Notes: a model not told the origin generated them from the letters alone. Numbered from the stretch's first letter, positions 13,535 to 24,954 are shown. The stretch is 64,000 nt of DNA from Epiperipatus broadwayi (GCA_028023455.1 JAQFVV010000001.1:12090001-12154000); one strand, 5' to 3'. Program-made: numbers and translations.

Positions 13535-13575
13535 CCTCTGACCATGATTTCAGACTTTGGCACTCCTCAGAGAGG
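13535..13575 (-). ncRNA. Hammerhead ribozyme (family B), stem II damaged
   Basis: CCUCU CUGAGGA GUGC-CAAA-GUCU GAAA UCAUGG UC AGAGG. Confidence 0.7.
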
Positions 13576-14172
13576 TGCTAGGATAGGTTCAGACACTAGA
13601 TCTAAAAATACCAACCCAAAGCCAACATTTGTCTAAAAGTTACCTATTGAGTGGAAAATCTGAAATTTTCAAACACCTACATGTCTTCAAACCCAGCTAT
13701 CATCAAATAGCTATATGGGGCTGAGATGTAGCAGAAATATGCTTGGGGAAATATCCTTATTTGCATGACACTCATAAATAAAAAATGGGTTGCAAGTTAA
13801 GGTAAATAATCAACTTTTGATTAATAGATTAGGTGTTTTATTTTTTATGCTTTCTGAGTAAAACAAAATGAGTAATAGTCTTTTATTCTTATGTATTCAT
13901 CCTTCACGTAAATTTACTTACTCCTCTCATCATATACAATTTGGTGCAGTCAATGTGTGAGATAAACTTATTCTAATTTTGATACTGCTAACATATTCAT
14001 TATAATATATAAATCTTGAAAATACATCTGCAGTTCAATGGTTATTTACTTTTCCACAAACTGTCAAAAGTGAATAAAAAATATGTTACTTTGTGAGAAG
14101 TGGTGTAATAAAGTAATATCAAGCTATCAATAAGAAGTATGAGGATTCAGGTGTTTGATACCTTTAACTCAC

Positions 14173-14246
14173 TTGGCCAGTAAAGGTTATTTATGAAATG
14201 CATGTATAGTAAGAGAGGGTGATCTGCACTTCTGTGGTAGAAGATG
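14173..14246 (-). CDS. Candidate internal exon (unidentified)
   Basis: Strong donor CCAA|gtgagt. Acceptor cacaag preceded by CCCCTTAAC (U12-like branch site). One open frame: IFYHRSADHPLLLYMHFINNLYWP. Confidence 0.3.
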
Positions 14247-14666
14247 CTTGTGATAGAGTCAAGTTAAGGGGTGCATTGATAATCAAAAACAATGCTTGAA
14301 AATATAATATACATAATTTTTTTTATTGATTATATACAATAATTTTTAAATACATAATAAGAAAATGTTGCATTAGAGTTCACATTAAAAAAAACAAATT
14401 AATGCAAATTGCATAAAATAGCATTAAGTATACACACACACACATATATATATAATATCCATTATATAACAAATATCATTAAAAATAATAATGAATATAA
14501 GGCCACTAAACATCACATGATCAGCATTTGTTATACTTGCTCATAACTGTTATTAAAACAGGCAAAACTCTCCATACAGTAATGCCACTCAGTACAAGCC
14601 AGAGTAATCAGTGGATTCCAGAAAGCTTGTGCATAAAATCCCTATCTAGTGCCTACTCATCCAATA

Positions 14667-14707
14667 CCCCAGACTAATTTCTAGGTTTTTGGCTTTCATC
14701 AGCGAGG
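14667..14707 (-). ncRNA. Hammerhead-like motif (family A)
   Basis: CCUCG CUGAUGA AAGCCAAAAACCUA GAAA UUAG UC UGGGG. Core intact; stem II poorly paired. Confidence 0.6.
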
Positions 14708-15394
14708 AACCTTGGATCTGAGCTCACTGCACCTAGATCTTAGGATCTAATGCAACCCTCCAGCAGCCACATTTTATCTCTACTTAACTACTAAACTATG
14801 ACAAAATTTGAAAACAAAAATATTTTCAATCTAAGCTCATTAGTTTATGTAGTCATATAAGTCCAGTATTTATACATTTTGGTGTCTTTGGTTCTTTAAT
14901 GACCATAGCCACCACTATCCTATTAGGCAGGATTGGTATAAAACCACTAAACATCACATGATTACCATTTCTTATGCTTGCTCATAACTGTTATTAAAAC
15001 AGGCAAAACTATCCATACAGTAGTGCCATTCAGTGCAAGCCAGAGTAATCAATGGACACCAGAAAGCTTGTGCATAAAGTCCCCATCTAGTGCCTACTCA
15101 TCAAATATCACCATATTCTGGCTTGCACTGAGTGGGACTAACAGTTATGAGGAAGCATAAGAAATGGTGATTATGTGATGTTTAGTGGTTTAATATCAAT
15201 CCTGCCTATGATGACTATAGTTGTTAAAAAACCAAAGACACCAAACTGAACTGAGTTCAGACCTATATGACCATATAAGAAAATGAGCTTGGATTGAAAA
15301 TATTTTTGTGTTTTCCAATTTTATTCTCTTAAGTAGAGGTAAAAGATGGCTGCTGGTGGGTTACATTAGATCCTAAGATTTCAGATCCATGGCT

Positions 15395-15434
15395 CCTCAT
15401 TGACGAAAGCCACAAGCTAAAAACTAGTCTGGGG
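15395..15434 (+). ncRNA. Hammerhead-like motif (family A), core mutated
   Basis: CCUCA UUGACGA A-AGC-CACAA-GCU-A AAAA CUAG UC UGGGG. Confidence 0.5.
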
Positions 15435-15565
15435 GTATTGGATGAGTAGGCACTAGATAGGGGTTTTATGCACAAGCCTTCTGGAATTCATTGATTATTC
15501 TGGTTGCCCAGATTGGCACTACTGTATGGAGAGTTTTGCATGTTTTAATGACTATAATTATAATA

Positions 15566-15756
15566 CTATATTATAAAAAGCATTATAATCCACAGAAGTA
15601 CTTTCATTTAATTATTTAACCTATATTTGAATTGAAATGACATTTGAAGAAGGTTAAGTGATTAACTGAAAGTATTTCTGTGGCTTAAAATATTTTTTAT
15701 AATATATTGATTAGTTGAAAGTACTTCTGTGGATTATAATCCTTTTTATAATATAG
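15566..15756. mobile_element. TA-flanked foldback / MITE-like element
   Basis: About 42-bp near-perfect inverted arms CTATATTATAAAAAG(C/G)ATTATAATCCACAGAAGTACTTTCA, with TA on both sides. A second, diverged copy of the right arm lies at about 15665-15705. Confidence 0.7.
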
Positions 15757-17841
15757 TATAACCATTATATTCATTTTTTTTTTATTATATGTATGTACGC
15801 ATAACTCTTCCTCCCTTCTCCCAAAAAAAATTATCATTTTGTTTTTGTTTTTTTAAAAAAAAACATTGAATGCATTAAATCTGTTTTGAAAGTAACAATG
15901 TTGAGTATTTGAAAATTATTGTTAGAAAAACTTAATTATTATCTAATAAGAATAATTGCATTCAGACTTAGAAAGTAGTTTTGACAATGAGATTCAACTT
16001 TGTGACAAATTGCCATATTTTTAATTATCTTAATTTTTTTATATTTATGTAGGGCAAATTTATTGATGGGAGAACTTAATTAAATAGAATCAGATCTATC
16101 ACACAATATCTGATTTTTCAGGTGCAATTTGAGATTCTTTTATTGATTTTCCAAAATTGATTGACACAGACAACTATTATTTGATTCCTTCATTTTATGT
16201 GTGGTTGTAAAGCATATTTTACAAAATCCTTTAGTAGCTTCCAAAACTAAAATTGTCTCCTAAACCACATTATTGTTGAAGAGTGAAGGGAAGAAAATAA
16301 TCATTTTTCATTTTCAAATTTAGTTAGCTTACCAAAAATACTGAAGTTTATATCAATAGATGATATTAAAATAACTAGATAGGAATTGATTAATATTTTC
16401 TACAATATTCATGTTAACATGGACAATAGGAAGAGACACTATGATGCTAAAAGTATGATCTTTTAAAGTTTGCAATTTGTTCCCATAATATAAAGAAAAA
16501 CAACAATAATAACTTAATTTTAGTATGTTCTTGCAAATTATATATTTTAAGAGCAATAGTTGAGAAAGTCCAATGCTTTTACAATTTTTCTTGCCTAAGT
16601 AGATTTTGAAAATGACCTGTTTTTAGATGCCAAATATTTCATTTTTTTTGCTGTATGTTTTGGAAAATCAGACTTTTCTTAGTTTGTTGTGGTTTAAATA
16701 TTGCCACTTGTACTTGGCACTTGAATATAATTCAAAAACTTTGAAAAATAGGTGCTAGTAATCTGGGAAAACTTTACTGAATGTTAGTGAGGACTACTAA
16801 AATAAATGTTATTTCTATTTGCCATATGTACTGCCAGCATATTATAATTATTTGTAATCAATATTAATAATAGTCAATAAATAATCAAAATTAATCAGGA
16901 ATATTTATTTATTTTTCAAATTTTACATTTTGTTACAATCCTATACTTTCCTATTTTACCTTTTAACAGGTCTTTCTTCTTTCTTAGACTTGGATGAAAA
17001 CATTTACTAAGCTCCAACCCCTTTCCACTTTCTCTTGATAAGAAGCATGATTGTGAATATTTTTTGAAAGAATTTTCCTTCAAAAATAATAGCATACATA
17101 ATATCATAAAGTTGCCATAAATTTATTTTTAATCATGTTTGATTTACCATTCTCAATTCTCATAGTCAAAACACTTTTGCAATTCAAACAATTTCTATGT
17201 CACATGTTTAACCAACTTGCTTTCTTATTTTTAAAATGAAGTATTAATTCTCTGGAAGTTCAATTTTTTTCCCTCTATTTTTTTTTAATGAAATAATTAG
17301 ATTTTCCAAGAATTTTCACACATTTCTAATTGTTTATTTCCAAAATATTTAGATTCATAATATTTTTTATTTTTCATATTGTTTTTTTCTCTTATTTTTT
17401 TGAGAATGTTCTCTTTAGTTTTCCAAAGAAAACCAAACCCTTTTAAGTGATGCAGTTTATTATCTTTTGTAAATATTACTTTTAATATTTCACCAAGACA
17501 TGCTATTAAGCTGTCTTTCCAACAGCTAAGTTTACTTCATCCTGCAATTCAATTTTATAGCATGTTTTATCATTAGTTTGGAAAAAACATACAATTTTTT
17601 TTTTAAAATTTTGATGAAAAAAACTATCATTGCATTTGCTTATGTACTTTTCACTTTGCATTTTTTGAAAATTTTAAAATACTGGCTACCTTTTAATATA
17701 AATTATACTGATTTTCTTAACACGTGTAATTTGTTTTGATAACATAAACAATGAGGATTGCCAATTCCTCTACAATCTTTACGATAAATGCTTAGCCAGA
17801 GCCAGCACTTAAAATATCTCTGTCAGGAACCCCTCCCCAAA

Positions 17842-17882
17842 CCCCTGACCATGGTTTCGTGCTTTGACACTCCTCAGAGAGG
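17842..17882 (-). ncRNA. Intact minimal type I hammerhead ribozyme (family B)
   Basis: CCUCU CUGAGGA GUGU-CAAA-GCAC GAAA C-CAUG-G UC/AGGGG. All core nucleotides present, 5-bp stem I, 4-bp stem II, 2-bp helix III within palindrome ACCAUGGU. Predicted cut between 17847 and 17846. Confidence 0.85.
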
Positions 17883-18021
17883 TGTCAGGGTAGGTTCAGA
17901 CACTGGGTTTGAAGATGTAGATGTTGAAAATTTCACATTTTCCACTCAATAGATAACTTTTAGATAAGTGCTTGGCTTTGGATTGGTATTTTTAGATCTA
18001 GTATCTGAACCTACCCTGACA

Positions 18022-18062
18022 CCTCTCTGAGGAGTGACAAAGCATGAAACCATGGGCAGGGT
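18022..18062 (+). ncRNA. Hammerhead ribozyme (family B), U16.1>G
   Basis: CCUCU CUGAGGA GUGA-CAAA-GCAU GAAA CCAUGG GC AGGGU. Confidence 0.65.
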
Positions 18063-19259
18063 TTGGGGAGGGGTTCCTGACAGAGATATTTTAAGTGCTG
18101 GCTAAGCATTTATCATAAAGCTTGTAGAGGAATTGGCAATCCTCATTGTTTATAACTTACAAGCTTAAGAGATAGGGTCATGTGATCTATGACTCTTATT
18201 TTGTTTTGATAACATATTTCAAAAGATGCATTAGACTGGTTTGCACTTGTAATATCTGAGGTGGTGACAACCTAAATTAATTATTACCAATTGAGTTTTT
18301 AAGGTTAGCCATTAATTTGTTATTACAACTAAATCAAACACCAATAATTATAAACTGTTGATATAGTTTACCGAGCTTAGTGGATGTAAATTATTTAGAT
18401 AATTACATACATTTAAAAATTAAAATGCATACTCATATATATTTAAAAATTAGCGGCATGCAAATACATGCATTAACATATACATATTTGAAATATTTTC
18501 TAGTTACAATTGGCATAATGAGTTTTTCAAAATATATATAAAGAAATCTGTAAAGCTAAAAAATATTAAATTGCATTTCATAACTATATACATACACACA
18601 CAGACAAAGGTTAGAGAAAACCACAGCAGTTATCATACCAGCAATATATTTTTATCATCATGGCATAATGAATTATAAATGCATGCAAATGTATTATTTA
18701 TATATATATATAAACCTAAGTGACTGGTGTTAAGTATCTCACAAGAAGTTGCTATGAATTCCATAAATTTATAAGAATATATATTGGATTCCAATTTGTA
18801 AAGAAATCAAAGTGTTGATTTATTATTAGATGAAGCATCAGTACCCAAACCTGTAAACTGTTTAATGCTTCATGATTGTAAACAAAAATCTTAGCATGAA
18901 AAAAATCACAGCATAAATCAACACATCCAAATAATTGTCATTTGAGCTTTGCAAACACCCAATAATTTATCAAAATCAAATTATATGGTCAAACAGATTA
19001 GCTTTCACTAACTAAAATAAACAAATTAATATTATCATGATTTTGTTAGCAAATAATTCCTTTGTACACTTAGTAAAAAAGTTTTCATTTCTTGGTGTAA
19101 ACAATGTTTTTAAGCAATATTAACATTTCCCATGTAATAATGCTCCTATATATATATATAACCACATAAATAATATGGATTTGGTGAAAATGAAGTGATG
19201 AGAATAGAAAGACAATTGATACATTTAATTGGATCTCAAAAGATATATAATATTTAGAA

Positions 19260-20140
19260 AGATATCATGCGTAAGATAGTTGAATAAAAAAATTTACTTG
19301 AGTTATGTGAATAAGAGGAACTATAGATCAGAGAAAGTGGATTAATTTGGCGAAATCTTGATAATGGATAAAAATGGTGATAGTTGGCTATTTTTGAATG
19401 ACCGAAAACTTTTCTCCTTGAAGAATGACTTCAGATATTTCTATTGTTTATTATATAATTCGTAGAAACAAAAGTATTCTCGATGCAAATAGTATCCCTA
19501 CATCATTAAAAAAAAAAAAGGCACAGCATTCCCATTATTTTATCCAACGTAATAGAGTCGCGTAAACTCCCACGAATGATTACGTTTTGTGATTTAGTTA
19601 TCTGCTTGTAACTTTAACCAGGAGAATTAAATCTATTCTGAAACACGGAAGTTTAGGATTCCATTTCTTGAATTATGGTCATAAATATTACCTATCGATT
19701 TTTAAACTTTATTTTAACGAAACATGAAGATTATAGTTTTTAGGAGTTCAAAACATGATTGTTTAATTTTTCATATTATATAAATGTTTCATATTACTTT
19801 CTTAAATCTTAAAGCACTTAAAATTTATGTATACATGCTATTGCATTAACATGTTTTACTTGATTTTTAGCTAACAAAATTTCGTTCAACTCGTAGAAAA
19901 ATACATTCATTTTCTTAACTTTAATAAAGACTAACAATCTTTCTTTAAAAAAAAAAAATTTTTTTTTATTATTATTATAAAATATGATTTAATCTTACCT
20001 TTATATTGTTTAACTACTTCGGTAAGGTTATTTAAAATGAAATATCTACGATTTTTCAGCCCGCTTACGTCCAAATGGAAATCAAACTTCTCTATAACTA
20101 ATTTAGTTTTATTTGCAAAAAGCAACGCTTTGACATTTAA
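19260..20140. promoter_or_regulatory. Local CpG-enriched, TE-free segment; possible promoter or first exon
   Basis: About 20 CpGs in ~880 bp by hand count versus about 2 in the preceding kb. ETS-like ACGGAAGT at 19645, DRE-like TATCGAT at 19693, minus-strand donor AA|gtaaat at 19297. Confidence 0.35.
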
Positions 20141-20537
20141 AAAAAAAAGTAAAGTTTTTGAATAGTATGTACTAATTGGATAATAATTTTAATGAATGGA
20201 ACAGACAATCTCTAATTATCAAGAAACAATCAGATAAAATTTAAAAGGTGACATAGACAAAACCAAAGTGCACTTTTTCTATTCAGATAATTTTTATAGT
20301 TTTTTTTTTTTATATATAGTGAAGATAGGCTTATTAAGCTATAGCAAAGGTCAAACCCAAAGATTTCCAGTTTCCTGATACCCGTTCTTTAAAGTTTGAA
20401 AAGAACTTTTTGAATAATACTACAGATGAATTTTTCATTTGTTGCATTGTCTTTTTAAAAAAATAAGATTATAAGTTTATTTAATAAAAAGTTAATACAT
20501 TGTACAGGCTTAAATCTGCATTTATATATGTAATATA

Positions 20538-20592
20538 TGCGGGATTCGAACTCAGACTTTCACACGACCCACTACTCTCAGTGCCATCTCAT
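20538..20592 (-). mobile_element. Degenerate tRNA-derived SINE head
   Basis: B-box GAGTTCGAATCCC with a weak A-box-like TGGCACTGAGAG upstream. Confidence 0.3.
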
Positions 20593-20624
20593 ATTGCTGA
20601 CCCATCTGATCACACACATGTTGA

Positions 20625-20815
20625 AAAGATAAATAATCACCGATATACGTATTTCATGCTAAACCAGCAATCATCAGTTGGTCTAGATTACTATCCTCAC
20701 ACACATATATAATCACTGTTCAGCTTTATATTAAGATAGCCAATCTTCATACTTTAATGGACAGGCTTCAAACTATTCCAACTCACAACTCTTCAGCCTT
20801 CCATTTCATTGAAAA
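20625..20815 (-). repeat. Family C hammerhead repeat, diverged solo copy
   Basis: Matches 54118-54195 around the HHR and 54255-54295 (caaact..ccaactcacaact..gcc.tccatttca). HHR at 20642-20681 has an intact CUGAUGA/GAAA core but has lost the 3' strand of stem I. Confidence 0.7.
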
Positions 20816-23800
20816 TCTGATGGTGGAACATTCAAAGCCCTTGTTAGTGCCAAGGTTGTCATCCTACCCATGTTGACATATTAGTCATTCTGACCCCTCA
20901 TGTACAGGAGAATAAAAGTTAAAATTGTAATACAATATATATTTTTTCCATTAATCAATATATTTTTATAAGTTTGTATTTCCCAACAAACATTTGCTTT
21001 TAATATTTCATAATTAGACATTTGTAACGATTTTTTCTTCTTTTATTATCCAAATTAAAAACTGGCCCATCCAATGATTATACACCCTTCCTTTTTTTTC
21101 TTAAATTCCCATCCCGTAGCTCTATTTTTTTTTTTAAAATTGCAACATCCTTAGTCCTATTTCAATTAAAATATTTTTTAAATCTTACTTAAAATTTTTA
21201 ACTCTAAATATTTTATGTTTTTAAGAAAATGCATGACTTTCCAAAGATGATGGTTTTCCATTGCAAAAGTTGCCATGTTAAAAACTTATCAGTATTTATG
21301 ATGAAATTGGTCTCCAATAAAATTATAAATTACATAGATTTTTTTTGTAGTGTTATTATTGATTAGAAATATAATTAGTAGAGCTTATTGCTACCATGTG
21401 GATTTACAAAATATAAATAGTTTGTCACATGATTTTTCTAATTTATATTTGACATCTGCTTTAATAAAACTATATTAAAAATCTAAAGCTAAACTAATTT
21501 TGTTTAATTTTGAATTTGGGATAGGTTTAATATATATTGTAACATTACAGTTACCGCTGTAATTGTCTAATATAAATAAAAAACTTAAAAATTTTATTGG
21601 CTTATTTTTATGGCTAAGCATTATCACTGGTTAGATAGCATATAATACAATCAATATTAAGTCGAAAAATCTAAAATCTTATAAAGATTTAAAAATGTCT
21701 TCCCAAGCAGGTTTTCTAATCAAGACTTATATAAAAATACATACGTTCGTATATTATCATTATTATGGAAAAATACCATTGAATTGTATAGAAAAATAGA
21801 GGTACACACACAAAATAAATATTCTATAAAGAAAGACAGAATAGAATAAATCAATCCGATATTACAACACAGAATATTTTAAAAGTAATTATATATTTAA
21901 GATTACATTTTACTTAAGGTGTACAGGTTTCTATATTTTATGTGCATGCATGAAAATTTTATAATTAATTTAATTTACAAATGTAAAACTAGCAAACTTG
22001 ATTTAGTTTGCTTAATTTAAAAGAGTATTTATTTAATTAAAGATATTTTAACTTGATTTAATAAATATCTGAGAACTTTTTGGAGAACTTAATGTAATAA
22101 ATTATGCAATGTTTATTTATTAAGTAAATAAATTGTAAACTTATTATTTTCCATATTACGCTACTTTCAATCCCTAAAATTGCCATGTTAATTGAAAATC
22201 AGACAGCATCTATCATCTGCATTTTCATAATCTTGACAATTCTTCCTGGGAAAATAAGAAAACACCAAGGCATGAGAAATATGATCTAGAGACATCAGTT
22301 GATCAAAAGGTATAAATACTGGTGCTTGAAAAAAACTAGTAGACTTCACAAAATTTTAGTGCATTCAAAGCCTAGGCATGTTAAAACTTTAAAATAGCCA
22401 TTTTGTCTGCCTTCAGTACCATGATCGAGTAGACCAACAGTCTGGGCATTTTGCCTTGGCAAAAAAGTCTTCTCTTCAAACTGAAAGAGATAAATAACAA
22501 CAAATAAACAAGTAAACTATTACTGATTATTTCAAGAAAGTTTTATTTATTACAATCAGCTGTTAATAGAAACCATATAAATTTATTAATGGGATACATC
22601 TAATAACTTCAATCAAATTCCTAGTCTGTTCATTTTAAAGTAATAGTGAAATAGCACAGATCTTTATAAAATTACATCTTCAATCAAGTTGCTTTTATCT
22701 TTACTTAAAATAATGCTGAAACAACTTTCCTCTTTACTTCAAAAAGTATGAATATCTTGTCTCAATATTATGATCTCATCATGAATTATTGTAAGAAAAA
22801 TTTTAAGTAATAAGATTCAACTCAAATATACAAGTGTAAACTTTGTAGCTTGGTGAAATGCTAAAATTCAATTAAAATCAATGGAATCAATATGTTTATG
22901 GATTATAGCCTATTGCTTGGACATATATATTATAAACACCCTGAACTCTATAGCAACATGGATTATGTGTATAAACTAATGGAATAATAAAATACTTCTA
23001 ATGAAGTAAATAATGAATGCCAATCTTTTGGATATAAACTTAAGTGTTTTTCAAATGGATTAAATTGCTTCTCCTTCAAATAATAAAATACGATTCATCT
23101 CCAAGTAATGGATTATAATGCCAAATACTTTATATTATAAAAGTCAAATTTATCAGCAAGTCTTAAAATGGATTATAAATGTGTTAAATATAATCCATAT
23201 TGAATTAACAAATGTGCTTAATGGAATTTTGTTAATCTAGATATTAAGTTTCAATAAGGATAAAATTTACAAAAGAAACTTAATTGTACTTAATATAAAC
23301 TTTGATGCTTTTATTAGAATATTTCCATGAATTCCCAAAACATTGAAATATTATGCAAGTTTAAATATTTCTATGGGATAAATTTTCATCATTTATAACA
23401 GTTGGAGTATAAACTGATGGATTGCTTAGTGAATTTTATTATAATTTCTTTTTCTTTTGTTATATTTATTATTATTATAATAAAGAAATATTAAACCAAA
23501 AATTATTATATGAATATACAGATAACAATTTTATTACTTATAATACTTGGTATGATTAAATATATGATTTACATTCGTGATTATCATTGTTGTAATAATT
23601 CATTCTTTATATTTCCTTTGATCTATGTCATCATTTTATTTTATTTAATCATCATAATCTATTCCTCCTTTATTGATTTATATTTCATTATAAAATTAAC
23701 CATTCATTATCTTAATAAATTCTCATTTTCATCTTTCCATTCTTTACTTATTTATCATTCATTTATAATAGTTGATTAATTGCTTTTTATCAATTCTTCT

Positions 23801-24120
23801 TTATCTTCATTCCTTAGTCATTTATTTCATTTTGTTAACCTCATGATCATTCCCTGGATATCTTCCCGATTGATAATTTTTATATTATTGCAGATAGAAC
23901 ATATGCCCCTTCGTTTTATTATCTTTTCTTGTATAGTTAAGGGTAGCTTAGCTTATATGAGTTATATATATATATTTGATGTTTTTTGATCGCTCCACAA
24001 TTTTAAAGTCCAACAATGTGACAAGCTCAAATAATTTAAGTGGATGATCCCCTTTTCTACAAACCCTTCCAGTTTACAATATATAATCAATTGACACTAG
24101 ATGGTAGTGTCACCAAATTT

Positions 24121-24154
24121 CCCAGACTAGTTTCTAGCTATTTCTTCAGTGAAG
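24121..24154 (-). ncRNA. Hammerhead relic (family A), solo, stem II partly deleted
   Basis: CUUCA CUGAAGA AAUAGCUA GAAA CUAG UC UGGG. Confidence 0.5.
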
Positions 24155-24604
24155 AGCATTTTTGTATAATTCAATCTCATGACATGAACACTTTCAAGAC
24201 CTATATAAAAAAGTTAAACAGGATTAAAAATCTTTGGATATCAGATGAAGAACTGAAAAATGCAAGATAAATATTGGCAATAATTGCAGGAAAAAATATT
24301 TGGAACAATTTAAAAAAAAAAAACTTTGGTAAAGTCCAGAAAAAAAAAATTTAATACTAGTTGACTTTAAATGTGTTAAGGAACTATTTTGGGTTATATT
24401 TTTAAACTTTTGATTAATAAACCAATATAAAAAAATAAAAAGAATTAGAGAAACACTATCCAATTGTTAGTATGATTTTATATGATAATATCCATTTATA
24501 TTTATTTTATCAAAAATTTCCTTAGATTAAAATAAAATTTAGTATTCAAAATATATAGTCAATAAATTTATTAAACACTACTTTGCTCTTCTGTTAATTA
24601 ATTT

Positions 24605-24954
24605 TGTAGTGTTTTCGGGAAGTTAACGATCTCAGCCAAAATCACAATTTATTAACTTAAGAGTCGGAGGCAGGTTTACTTTCCTTAGTTACACGTTATG
24701 TGTTATTATAAAAAAAAAATGTCTATGCTTAAGACAACAAAATGTGCGGAAAGAAAAACAGTAACAAAATCAAAAGTATACATATAATTAAAGTCTCTTC
24801 AAAGAAAAGTTCTATTACTCATGGCAAATGAAAAATAAGACATTTGGTTCCACGTGTGGCTATACATTACGCCATCTTGGTCTCTCTGTTCTCGTCTTTT
24901 TTCCTGTTCTCGTAAAACCGGACGTTTCTAGAGTCAACATCTCCGTATTCTACA
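24605..24954 (-). repeat. 3' LTR (350 bp)
   Basis: tgtagtgttttcggg...ccgtattctaca; matches 28954-29296. Confidence 0.96.

Larger units (their letters stand above)
13010..13740 (-). repeat. Family B hammerhead repeat, about 1.7 tandem units of 419 bp
   Basis: aaacaat..cattgccaattgctc recurs at about 13017 and 13441; HHRs at 13116 and 13535. Confidence 0.88.
14501..15545. repeat. Family A hammerhead repeat composite: about 1.4 tandem units (441 bp, sense -) joined head-to-head to about 1 unit (sense +)
   Basis: ccactaaacatcacatga at 14503 and 14944; 15114-15545 is the reverse complement of the unit. Flanked by TAATGAATATAA (14489-14500) and TAATGACTATAA (15546-15557). Confidence 0.88.
17744..18200. 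repeat. Family B head-to-head composite with long TSD
   Basis: Inverted arms 17744-17904 and 18000-18153, 95-bp spacer. Direct repeat TTTGTTTTGATAACATA at 17730-17746 and 18200-18216. Confidence 0.92.

Noticed and set aside
14690-14725. HDV-like ribozyme suggested by UUCCUCGC on the minus strand
   Set aside because: No P1/P2/P4 pairing found; the same bases are explained as stem I of the family A hammerhead.
16300-16560. hAT transposase dimerisation-domain relic (minus, IVSLPIVHVN)
   Set aside because: Similarity too weak and no TIRs or other motifs found.
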